This document shows positions 39,364 to 47,417 of a stretch of 64,000 nucleotides of DNA, piece after piece. The notes beneath the pieces are model-generated. The model was not told the origin of the DNA. It was given only the letters and a program-made list of their open reading frames with translations, and ran no database searches. The stretch is from Oscillospiraceae bacterium. GTDB lineage: Bacteria > Bacillota > Clostridia > Oscillospirales > CAG-272. The position numbers and the translations under genes were made by a program. The stretch lies in the NCBI GenBank assembly GCA_015065215.1, contig SVQT01000004.1, positions 3,264-67,263 of the forward strand. Reading direction: 5' to 3'. The first letter of the stretch is position 1. The number at the start of each line of letters is the position of its first letter.

Positions 39364-40538
39364 CCGCCGCCCCCTGCCGTAGCGCATCTGGCAAAGAGGG
39401 TGAGCGAAAAGATGACCAGCACAAAAAGAGAGGCGGTCACCGCAAGAAAATAGCCGTAGATCGACGCCATTTCAGAAAGAATTCGCTCCTCGCCATCCGA
39501 GCCGAACAGCTTTGCTACAGAGCCGCCCAGCATGAAAACAATACGGTTGAGCATTACCGACACAAAGGTGGGGAGAAAGAGAAAAGAAAACACCAAAATG
39601 GCTCCGGTACCCACCACAGAGCGCAGATACTGCACACTGCCCGAAACGGTGCGCAGTGCCTCTGAAACAGATCCTCCCACTACAGGTAAAAAGCTGCCGG
39701 CGGCAAACCGTATGGTACGCAGTGCCAAGGTGTCAGCACCCTTTGCCAAGGTGGTCTGAATCCCCAACACGCCGCAAAGAACCATCATCAAAAAGGAAAA
39801 AACCAAGGTGTAGGTTCGTTTGATCAGCGCGCCAATAGCGCGCAAATTGAATTTGCCTGATACCGCGTCCGGCAAAGCCAGCGCTAAGCATATGCCGGCA
39901 ACCGGCAGCACGCTACCGGCGATCACGGTTTCCAGCACTGTTAAAAACAGCGACATAACCCCGTGGTTCGCTATCGCCGCGCCAATATTACCCCCCATGG
40001 CATAAAGAACGCCCATCAAGGGGAGAACTGCCAAAGACAGCTTTTGTAAAATCTGAAAAAAGGCGGAGATCTGAGAAAAACGATCACGCTGCAAGGAAAA
40101 CAGTAAAACGACCAGCGTGAGGGTGCCGCAAAAGGAGAGCGCTTTGCCAAGCCCCCCCTCAAGGCCTTTTCCCATACCGCGAAAAACGGCGGAGATCAGC
40201 AGAACACCGCAGATCTGTGCCAATAGAAACAGATTTTCACGCAGGGCAAGTCCGGTCATTCGCCCTATCACCGCAAGCACCGCTCTGCCGCCGCTTGCCG
40301 TCGTTACGGCATCCGCCGCCCCTGTCGGATCGGTTGTAAAAAATTCCGGCGGCAACAAGCTCGCCACCTCGTCAGGAATGTACTCCAAAAAGGCTTGCCA
40401 GTAGGGTGCCACTTCTTCGCTTTCCGGAAAAAGATCCGAAAGGTCGCTATCACTTGCTGTCTCGGCAACCACCGCAATAGGGGAAACACAAAGCAGAAAA
40501 AGTAGCGAAAACACGCACCATATGCCTACTTTTTTCAA
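39360..40538 (-). CDS. spoIIIAE: stage III sporulation protein AE
   Basis: Signal peptide plus a polytopic membrane protein of about 7 TM. TTG 40538 overlaps the spoIIIAD stop (TTGA). The longer track ORF start is unlikely. Confidence 0.8.
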   Translation of the reverse strand: MKKVGIWCVFSLLFLLCVSPIAVVAETASDSDLSDLFPESEEVAPYWQAFLEYIPDEVASLLPPEFFTTDPTGAADAVTTASGGRAVLAVIGRMTGLALRENLFLLAQICGVLLISAVFRGMGKGLEGGLGKALSFCGTLTLVVLLFSLQRDRFSQISAFFQILQKLSLAVLPLMGVLYAMGGNIGAAIANHGVMSLFLTVLETVIAGSVLPVAGICLALALPDAVSGKFNLRAIGALIKRTYTLVFSFLMMVLCGVLGIQTTLAKGADTLALRTIRFAAGSFLPVVGGSVSEALRTVSGSVQYLRSVVGTGAILVFSFLFLPTFVSVMLNRIVFMLGGSVAKLFGSDGEERILSEMASIYGYFLAVTASLFVLVIFSLTLFARCATAGGGG

Positions 40539-40927
40539 ATTTTTAACAACTCCTTCGCAATCTCCAGTACCTCGTCGATCAAAGGCAGGCAAAGCACCAG
40601 TATCTCCAATTTTCCAAACAAAAGCACACCGCCGGCCAGGGTGTTTTCCCCCAAATCCCGGCAAAAAGAAGCAGCAAATTCACAAATAAGGGCAATACCG
40701 GTGGCACGCAGGATCGGTGTAGCATAAGTATCTGCCCCAGATAACGTGAAGAGAGAGCGCAATCGCTCGATCACCGGCAAATAAAAGAGGATGGATGCCC
40801 CCAATAGTGTCAATATGGCTGCCAGACGCACCGGCAACGCCATCGTGGCACACAGCTCACGCACACATAAAATCAGCATCACCGCCAAAAGCGCTACGCC
40901 GGAAATTTGCAGGATCCCCATACTCAC
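40535..40927 (-). CDS. spoIIIAD: stage III sporulation protein AD
   Basis: 130-aa 4-TM protein. Sequence character and operon position. Start is GTG 40927 or ATG 40921. Confidence 0.8.
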   Translation of the reverse strand: MSMGILQISGVALLAVMLILCVRELCATMALPVRLAAILTLLGASILFYLPVIERLRSLFTLSGADTYATPILRATGIALICEFAASFCRDLGENTLAGGVLLFGKLEILVLCLPLIDEVLEIAKELLKI

Positions 40928-41121
40928 TAAAAGCCAAAAATGCTCCGTACGGTGTCAAAAAGATTGCCAATCTCCTGCACCAGCATGAGAAAAACCACAA
41001 TAACCCCAGAAACGATAACGAAATTCGCATGCTCGTCCCTTCCGTTTTTTTGCAGAATTTGCACAGCGATCGCTACCAATAGTCCTACGCCTGCCACCCG
41101 CAGGATCAAGCTGACATCCAT
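40927..41121 (-). CDS. spoIIIAC: stage III sporulation protein AC
   Basis: 64-aa 2-TM protein MDVSLILRVAGVGLLVAI...NGRDE. AAAGGAG SD. Confidence 0.85.
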   Translation of the reverse strand: MDVSLILRVAGVGLLVAIAVQILQKNGRDEHANFVIVSGVIVVFLMLVQEIGNLFDTVRSIFGF

Positions 41122-41134
41122 TTTTTGGCTCCTT

Positions 41135-41614
41135 TCACAGTAACATCAAGAGAAGGATCGCCGCCGCCGAAAGGGGCAGGACCCACGCCATTTTCTCCCG
41201 TTTGGGTAATTCCGCCCGCAACCGATCGCAGCAGGGGATCAATCGCTCGATACAATACGCGCATGAGCGTAGCTGTTCCTCACGATAGCCACTGCCCAGC
41301 TGTGCCGAAAAATCGAAAAGCAAGCTGCAAATTTCAAACGGCAGATAAAGTGAGCAGGCATTCAGCAGGGCAGGGAAATCGGCAAATTCCCCCTCCTCCA
41401 CGCCGCAATCTCGCAGAATACGAGGATCGCATTTTGCCAATATCCCCCCGACCGGTATCGAAAAACAGTCAATTTGTCCCCGAATATAGCGCACCAGCGA
41501 AAGAAAGCCCTCCGCTTGCCGACATCGCTTGCGCTCATACGAAGAAAGCGCCAAGCTGACCCCGGCACCGGAGCACAGGATCAAAAGGCAACCAAGCCCC
41601 TTATAGAAGTCCAT
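41135..41614 (-). CDS. spoIIIAB: stage III sporulation protein AB
   Basis: N-terminal TM then a helical domain. ATG 41614 (MDFYKGL) lies behind GGGAGG and overlaps the spoIIIAA end. Confidence 0.8.
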   Translation of the reverse strand: MDFYKGLGCLLILCSGAGVSLALSSYERKRCRQAEGFLSLVRYIRGQIDCFSIPVGGILAKCDPRILRDCGVEEGEFADFPALLNACSLYLPFEICSLLFDFSAQLGSGYREEQLRSCAYCIERLIPCCDRLRAELPKREKMAWVLPLSAAAILLLMLL

Positions 41615-42518
41615 CCGCCGCCTCCCAATCTGTGACATCATAACCAAACAAAAACTCCCCCGCACGGCGATAGAGACGCACATAGGCGCCAAAGCATTTT
41701 GCCTCATGCAAAAGGCGCATCCCCGGGCGGCAGAGCAGCTCGTTCACATCCGCCGCATGGGCGGTTGCCAACAGGGGCACGCCGCAGTTGTGCGCCTCGA
41801 CAATTTCCTGTGCCTCACCAAGATCTCCGATCTCGTCGCAAACGATCAACTGTGCCGCAAGTGTCCTTGCTGCAATCGAAATTCCCTTGCCCCGCGGATA
41901 GCCGGAAAGCAAATCCAGCAGAAGGCTCACCCCCTCCAGAGAATAGAAAAGCTCGCCGCGGGTGTCGACAATCGCCACACGCAAGGGGTGATCCCCTCCC
42001 GCCATCTGCGCGGCAATACCGCGCAAAACAGTGGTTTTCCCAACGCCGGGTGGCGCATAAAGCAACACCCCTTTGCAAAGTGACATCTGCCGCAGGAGAG
42101 TGGCGATCTCTCCCCCCAGCGGTGGGGTAGCATGTGGAATACGGATAGCGAGAGAGGCAGGCTCAAAGATACCGGTAATTTTGCCATTGACCACTCCCGC
42201 TTTGCCGCAAACCCCTACACGTATGCCGCCTTTCAGGCTCAGATAACCTTGACAAACGGTTTCGCTATGGGCATAGAGCGACCCCTCGCACATAGCAAAA
42301 AACAAGTCATCAATCTCTTTGCCAGAAAGCACTGCGGATAGCCGCAGATTGCGGCCGGATACCGTTACCGAGGCCGCGCGGCCCCGGCGTAGTCGCAGCT
42401 CCTCGGGAAAGCTACCCGCCGGCACTGTTTCCTCTACCTCGCGGCAAAGACGAGGCGGCAAGAGCGCGCAAAGAGACGAGGGGAGCAATTGACGGCGAGC
42501 GACAATAATGTTTTGCAA
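41601..42518 (-). CDS. spoIIIAA: stage III sporulation protein AA (AAA+ ATPase)
   Basis: Walker A LLYAPPGVGKTTVLR and Walker B LIVCDEIG. TTG 42518 with AGGGAGG 8 nt upstream is preferred over GTG 42578. Confidence 0.85.
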   Translation of the reverse strand: MQNIIVARRQLLPSSLCALLPPRLCREVEETVPAGSFPEELRLRRGRAASVTVSGRNLRLSAVLSGKEIDDLFFAMCEGSLYAHSETVCQGYLSLKGGIRVGVCGKAGVVNGKITGIFEPASLAIRIPHATPPLGGEIATLLRQMSLCKGVLLYAPPGVGKTTVLRGIAAQMAGGDHPLRVAIVDTRGELFYSLEGVSLLLDLLSGYPRGKGISIAARTLAAQLIVCDEIGDLGEAQEIVEAHNCGVPLLATAHAADVNELLCRPGMRLLHEAKCFGAYVRLYRRAGEFLFGYDVTDWEAADGLL

Positions 42519-42709
42519 ACGCCTCGCCTCCCTTCTCAAAACACTATATGCAACACAAAAAAGAAAAATGACCGCCACCCGGGGCAGTCTTGCATTCTCG
42601 GCGCGCGGCGCAAACTGGATCCATAAATTCTTTTGTTTTTGGTGCTTTTCTTTATATCAGATTGCGAGTATAATCATAGCATCATGTCAATTAGAGGAGA
42701 TTTTTCGCC

Positions 42710-43543
42710 ATGGATAAGAAAGTTTTAACTGTTCAAGACGTTTCTTGCGTGGGGCAATGCTCGTTGACCGTTGCGCTCCCCATCATTTCCGCTTGCGGCA
42801 TCGAGACCGCCATTCTGCCCTCTGCCGTGCTCTCCACCCACACCGGCGGCTTTACCGGCTGGACCTTCCGTGATTTGACCGACGACATTCCCGGCATTGT
42901 GGATCACTGGGAGAAAGAGAAAATTACCTTTGACGCCATCTACACCGGCTATCTTGGCAGTATGCGCCAGATTGATCTGGTCAAGGATATGTTCGCAAGG
43001 CTTTCCGCCCCGGGCTGTCTGAAAATCGTGGATCCCGCCATGGCGGACAATGGCAAGCTTTATTACGGCTTTGACGAAACGTTTGCGCATCATATGGGCA
43101 GTCTTTGCGGCATGGCCGACATCGCCCTGCCGAACATCACCGAAGCTTGTATGATGACTGATACCCCCTATGTGGCACAGGGCTATGATGAAACCTATGT
43201 CCGCGCCCTGATGGACAAGGTGCTGGCTCTTGGCGCCAAAACGGTGGTGATCACCGGCGTGTGCTACCGCCCGGGCGAGCTTGGCATTGCCATTCTATCT
43301 CAGGGTGACAAGGAGATCTCCTATTACTATCACGAGCGGCTGGCAAAGAGCTGTCACGGCACCGGCGACATCTTCGCTTCCGCTTTTACCGGCGCCCTTG
43401 TGCGTGGTAAAACTCCGTTGGAGGCCGCCCGTGTAGCAGGGAACTTCACCCTTGCCGGCATGAAGGCCACTACCGATGGCCACTGGTATGGCACCCAATT
43501 TGAAAAGGCTATACCGGTTCTTTTGGAGGAGCTTTCCAAATAA
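42710..43543 (+). CDS. pdxK: pyridoxamine/pyridoxal kinase
   Basis: Ribokinase-like fold. VLTVQDVSCVGQCSLTVALPIISACGIET and a C-terminal GTGDIFASAF anion hole. Confidence 0.8.
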   Translation: MDKKVLTVQDVSCVGQCSLTVALPIISACGIETAILPSAVLSTHTGGFTGWTFRDLTDDIPGIVDHWEKEKITFDAIYTGYLGSMRQIDLVKDMFARLSAPGCLKIVDPAMADNGKLYYGFDETFAHHMGSLCGMADIALPNITEACMMTDTPYVAQGYDETYVRALMDKVLALGAKTVVITGVCYRPGELGIAILSQGDKEISYYYHERLAKSCHGTGDIFASAFTGALVRGKTPLEAARVAGNFTLAGMKATTDGHWYGTQFEKAIPVLLEELSK

Positions 43544-43556
43544 AAATCCAAACAAA

Positions 43557-43610
43557 AAACGACTTGACGTAAGACCCTCTTGGGTCGAACATCAAGTCGT
43601 TTTCTTTTTA
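43557..43610. terminator. bidirectional terminator between convergent genes
   Basis: AAACGACTTGA / TCAAGTCGTTT outer stem with an inner GACCC/GGGTC stem. T-run on the plus strand. Confidence 0.65.
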
Positions 43611-44030
43611 TTTTTTCAATTCCGCCAAGCGGCGGCGAATGCGCACCAAGGCATCCTGCGGATCGGTCGCGTCGGCAACTGCCATTTCGATGGGGCAAAG
43701 CCCATCGCCGGCGCGGTTGCGAATGGTTGGTACAAGGACGTCATAGTGGGGCAAAATACCAAAGCGTGTCAGAACCTTTTTTGCGGCGTCGCTGACAACA
43801 CCCGCCCAAAGCTCGCGAACGCCAAGCAATACGTAAAGATACGCGGCGCCCGCGCCCACCACCTTATCAGCGGCGGAAAAGCCCTTCAAGCATATGCCAT
43901 CATCCAAAAAGGAAAGGAGCGGCGCGACCCCACGGGCGCGGCTGGTATAGCTTGCCTCCCCAAGACAAAGCGCGCAGGTCAAATCCTCCTGCTCCAGCAG
44001 TTGTTTTGCGCGAAGTGTATCAGCTCTCAT
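43608..44030 (-). CDS. DUF1893 (TM1506-like) domain protein
   Basis: 140 aa. The pattern SRARGVAPLL...ADKVVGAGAAYL...VVSDAAKKVL...NRAGDGLCPIEMAV fits the DUF1893 family as I recall it. Confidence 0.6.
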   Translation of the reverse strand: MRADTLRAKQLLEQEDLTCALCLGEASYTSRARGVAPLLSFLDDGICLKGFSAADKVVGAGAAYLYVLLGVRELWAGVVSDAAKKVLTRFGILPHYDVLVPTIRNRAGDGLCPIEMAVADATDPQDALVRIRRRLAELKK

Positions 44031-44580
44031 TTTTTTGTGCTTTTTCTACAAGAAGTACCAAAACGGGTATCAAAATCCATTGAATCGCAAGACCGGGCAA
44101 GCCGTTTTTGACAGCGATCCAAGTGCTAACGGCGGTGAGAGCGGTTCCGCCCAGGGCACGACCAATCAAAATAGCCAGCATCCGCGCCATTCTGCCGGCA
44201 AGCTGCGCCACCAACACCTTGGCAACAATGGGGAGCTTTACCCTGCGCAGAGCACCTGCGCATAGGCCGTAAAAGCAAAGTTCCACGCACATAAAAGGCA
44301 GGACGGTCACAAGAGGCATACCCGACAGCAAGAAGCTGACGGCGGGAGCCGCCAATCCAGCGATAGCGCCCACAGCGGGGCCGGCAAGCAAGCCAACAGC
44401 CAAAATCGGCAAATGCATGGGGAGCAGCAACTCACCAAGGCCGGTACCAATGTTCCAGGCGCGGCCCGCAACGTGACAGATCTGGGGCAGCGCCACGGCG
44501 GCCACGATGCCAATGAGCAAAGCAAGCATTTTGGCGCGAACAGTCAAGCGGGGCGCGACATGTGTTACAGAAAGCTTCAT
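44020..44580 (-). CDS. ECF-transporter S-component-like membrane protein
   Basis: 186-aa protein with about 6 TM, small-residue-rich helices. Overlaps the DUF1893 gene start. Substrate unknown. Confidence 0.5.
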   Translation of the reverse strand: MKLSVTHVAPRLTVRAKMLALLIGIVAAVALPQICHVAGRAWNIGTGLGELLLPMHLPILAVGLLAGPAVGAIAGLAAPAVSFLLSGMPLVTVLPFMCVELCFYGLCAGALRRVKLPIVAKVLVAQLAGRMARMLAILIGRALGGTALTAVSTWIAVKNGLPGLAIQWILIPVLVLLVEKAQKNES

Positions 44581-44590
44581 AGTTTCCTCC

Positions 44591-45712
44591 TTACTTCAGC
44601 CGGCTGGCGAAATCCGCCATCACCTCGGCAATTTTGATCTGCTGGGGGCAAACAGCCTCGCAGCTCTGGCAGCCAAGGCAAGCGCCCGGCTGTTTCTCTT
44701 CATCAATTTTACGCAGCGCCATAGGGGCAATAAAACCGCCGCCGGTAAAAGCGTGTTCGTTATACAGCTTGATCAAGCGGGGAATATCCAAGCCCTGCGG
44801 GCAGTATTCGGTGCAATAGCGGCAGGAGGTGCAGGGCACCATATTTTTTAGCATATCGGCGGCTACCGTCAAAACCTGCTCAAATTCGATACCGTTCAGG
44901 GGTTTATCCGCTTCATAGGTCGCAATATTTTCGGCAAGCTGCTGCAAATTCGACATACCGGAAAGCGTTACCGTAACCTGGGGGATGCTCTGCAAGAAGC
45001 GGAACGCCAGCGCCACCAAGCTTTCCTCAGGGCGAATTTTAGCAAGCGCCTTGGCGTGTTCGCCGCTCACAGTCGCCAATTTGCCGCCGCGGATCGGCTC
45101 CATGACCCACACCGGAATGCCGTATTCGTCCAGTAGCGCAATTTTTTCTTTTGCCTCTTGGAAATTCCAATCCAGATAATTCACCTGCAATTGGCCAAAC
45201 TCCATATCCTTGCCATAGGCTTCTAAAAAGCGGCGCATGGTATCCAAATTTGCATGAGCCGAAAAACCCAAATGACGGATACGGCCCGCATCACGTTGTT
45301 TGATGAGGTAATCGTAAATACCGTTTTGGGGGTCAAGGTAAGCGTCGATATTCAATTCACAAACATTGTGAAAGAGATAGAAATCGAAATAGGAAACGCG
45401 GCAGCGCTCCAACTGCTTTTCAAAAATCTCCTCCACCTTGCCCATATTGGCAAGATCATAGCCAGGGAATTTGCTGGCAAGATTAAAGCTTTCACGGGGG
45501 TAGGCAGAAAGCAGCTTGCCCATCATCGGCTCAGATTCGCCGTTATGATAGCCCCACGCGGTATCATAGTAATTGATGCCCTTTTCCATGGCGTATGCTA
45601 CCATTTCGGCACTTTTGCCCTCGTCAATACAACCGTCAGCGCCTGTTGGCAACCGCATTGCGCCAAGACCCAGCGCTGAGAGCTGTTCGCCTTGAAATGC
45701 TTTATAAATCAT
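44591..45712 (-). CDS. aldo/keto reductase with C-terminal 4Fe-4S ferredoxin-like domain
   Basis: AKR N-terminus (LGLGAMRLP, YYDTAWGYHNGESE). C-terminal CTSCRYCTEYCP and CLGCQSCEAVCP cluster motifs. ATG 45712 lies behind AAAGGAGG. Confidence 0.85.
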   Translation of the reverse strand: MIYKAFQGEQLSALGLGAMRLPTGADGCIDEGKSAEMVAYAMEKGINYYDTAWGYHNGESEPMMGKLLSAYPRESFNLASKFPGYDLANMGKVEEIFEKQLERCRVSYFDFYLFHNVCELNIDAYLDPQNGIYDYLIKQRDAGRIRHLGFSAHANLDTMRRFLEAYGKDMEFGQLQVNYLDWNFQEAKEKIALLDEYGIPVWVMEPIRGGKLATVSGEHAKALAKIRPEESLVALAFRFLQSIPQVTVTLSGMSNLQQLAENIATYEADKPLNGIEFEQVLTVAADMLKNMVPCTSCRYCTEYCPQGLDIPRLIKLYNEHAFTGGGFIAPMALRKIDEEKQPGACLGCQSCEAVCPQQIKIAEVMADFASRLK

Positions 45713-45828
45713 TCGTTTTCCTCCTTTCAAGGAACTACTTTTATTTTACAATATTTCGGCCAGTTTGGCAAGTGCTTTTTTGTGGCAAAGCGTGTCGCTT
45801 TTTGTGAAAGAAAAAATGACCCCAGGGC

Positions 45829-45857
45829 TTGACAAACGCAACTGTTTTGAGTATAAT
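45829..45857 (+). promoter_or_regulatory. consensus sigma-70 promoter for tRNA-Gly
   Basis: TTGACA (45829-45834), 17-nt spacer, TATAAT (45852-45857). Confidence 0.75.
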
Positions 45858-45871
45858 GATACTGTTGATTT

Positions 45872-45945
45872 GCAGGCATAGTCTAGTGGTAAAACCTCAG
45901 CTTCCCAAGCTGATGCTGCGGGTTCGATTCCCGTTGCCTGCTCCA
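45872..45945 (+). tRNA. tRNA-Gly (anticodon CCC)
   Basis: Acceptor GCAGGCA/TGCCTGC, anticodon stem TCAGC/GCTGA with loop TTCCCAA, T-loop GGTTCGATTCC, encoded CCA. Confidence 0.9.
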
Positions 45946-45954
45946 AAAACGGAA

Positions 45955-45997
45955 AAATCCCGAAATGCCGATAAAATCGGTGTTTCGGGATTTTTCT
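45955..45997 (+). terminator. rho-independent terminator after tRNA-Gly
   Basis: AAATCCCGAAA / TTTCGGGATTT stem followed by TTCTTT. Confidence 0.7.
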
Positions 45998-46092
45998 TTA
46001 TTTCATCGGGCTTTAAGCTGTTTGCAAAAACATGAACGCATTTTCAAAAACATCTATTAAAATCAAATATTTTTCCAATTTTGGAAATATCC

Positions 46093-46128
46093 GCAACCCT
46101 TGCGCAACCATGCAACCCGGGTGCAACC
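46093..46128. repeat. iteron-like array: GCAACC x4
   Basis: GCAACC at 46093, 46104, 46112 and 46123 (spacing 11/8/11 nt). It directly follows an AT-rich tract containing TTCCAA-TT-TTGGAA. Confidence 0.7.
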
Positions 46129-46205
46129 AAGAAAAAAAGCCGTATTTAAGGCCTCGGACGCTCCCCCCTGTCCTCGAGCCTATTTTTTCAAAATGAGCAT
46201 TAGAC

Positions 46206-46260
46206 GACACCTTGACTTGACGAGCGCCGCCGCGCTGCGCGCGGCGGCGGTCAAGGTGTC
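46206..46260. other. long GC-rich cruciform-capable inverted repeat (candidate origin/att structure)
   Basis: Outer arms GACACCTTGAC (46206-16) / GTCAAGGTGTC (46250-60). Inner arms CGCCGCCGCGC (46225-35) / GCGCGGCGGCG (46239-49), loop TGC. A second imperfect hairpin lies at 46271-46304. Confidence 0.7.
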
Positions 46261-46467
46261 GAAGGCGCGCGGGGAGCGAGCGCTTCGCTTCCTCTCGCTT
46301 CCCCGGCTGCGCTCTTCGACCACCTTTGACACGCCTTGACCGCTTTTCACCGCAACGCCAAAAGGCCCATGTCTCCATGGGCTTTTTTGCGCGCTATATT
46401 CTCAGGCAGTCACTGACGCGCAGCTCAAATATGGGTTATATTCGATCCGTTGTTCCTCACGGATCTC

Positions 46468-47415
46468 CTACGGCGAATATCGACTTAGGTTTTCGTACTC
46501 ATAGCCGGTAAAGCATATGAGCCACTCGACTGCCTCTTCACCCTCGACAACGCCCCTTGGAGCCGGGTCCACCGTCTTCCAATCGTCAAAAAGGATCCAT
46601 TTCTTTACGAAATTATAGTATTCAGCGGCACACTGCTCGACAGCAATATTCGCCACCTCGTCCGAAGGAATACCACGGCTATAAACAATCCGCTCCCCAC
46701 TCTTTTCAATGTACTTAAGTATATATTCCAACGTGGTACCGCGCTTAATATCGTCATTGGTAAAAGGGCAAAAATCGTTGCGCCCGAACCGTTTCTCAAA
46801 CCAGGTATTGACGCAGGAGATCTGCATCTTATGCTGCTTGGTGCTATAACTCTCCCGCTCCTCGATCTCACCAACCATCTCACCGGGGGGAACATGAAAC
46901 AGGCCGTGAAAATGCAAGCGACCGGTATCCTCGGCACGCTCAAAACAGCCCATATAGGTCCAATCGCGGCGTGAATGGAGATTTGACAGAGATCGGCGCA
47001 AACGCTGCTTGAAGGTCTCCTCTGTTGCCTTGACGTCGTCGTAGGTGAAGGTTACGAAATAATTCCAGTCATTAAAAAACGCTTTGCGTCGAAAGCGCTT
47101 AGCTCTGGCGCAATAGTTATTACGCTCGCGTTCAAATTCTTGATTAACAAACTCCTGCCAATCGTCTACGGCGTCGCCAAAGGTATCCTGCAAAGTTTCC
47201 AAAATGTATTGTTTTTGCTCGTTTCCGGTCATGCCGGGAACATATTCAACACCGTTTTCCGTCTCCTGCCTATAGCCCATTTTCGTGCCTCTATAAAGCT
47301 CACGGAAAGCCTTCTCGTGATCCTTCTTGGGGCGGGGCTTCCAATTGGCATAGGGCCGCTTGCCGGGTGCGATCGCGATATAATGACATCCATCATGGTA
47401 AACTCTGCAACGCAT
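46468..47415 (-). CDS. HUH-superfamily rolling-circle replication initiator (two-tyrosine, phiX174-A/P2-A-like)
   Basis: Motif I FVTFTY (aa 120-125), motif II HFHGLF (168-173), motif III YILKYIEK (231-238, Y-x3-Y). AAAGGAG SD. Confidence 0.7.
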   Translation of the reverse strand: MRCRVYHDGCHYIAIAPGKRPYANWKPRPKKDHEKAFRELYRGTKMGYRQETENGVEYVPGMTGNEQKQYILETLQDTFGDAVDDWQEFVNQEFERERNNYCARAKRFRRKAFFNDWNYFVTFTYDDVKATEETFKQRLRRSLSNLHSRRDWTYMGCFERAEDTGRLHFHGLFHVPPGEMVGEIEERESYSTKQHKMQISCVNTWFEKRFGRNDFCPFTNDDIKRGTTLEYILKYIEKSGERIVYSRGIPSDEVANIAVEQCAAEYYNFVKKWILFDDWKTVDPAPRGVVEGEEAVEWLICFTGYEYENLSRYSP

Positions 47416-47417
47416 AC

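Noticed and set aside
46013-46378. ORFs 46013..46378 (-), 46100..46339 (+) and 46326..46511 (+) between tRNA-Gly and the Rep gene.
   Set aside because: They have no SD. They give Arg/Ala/Gly-rich sequence produced by translating the GC-rich palindromes and iterons. They are better explained as a structured non-coding ori/att region.
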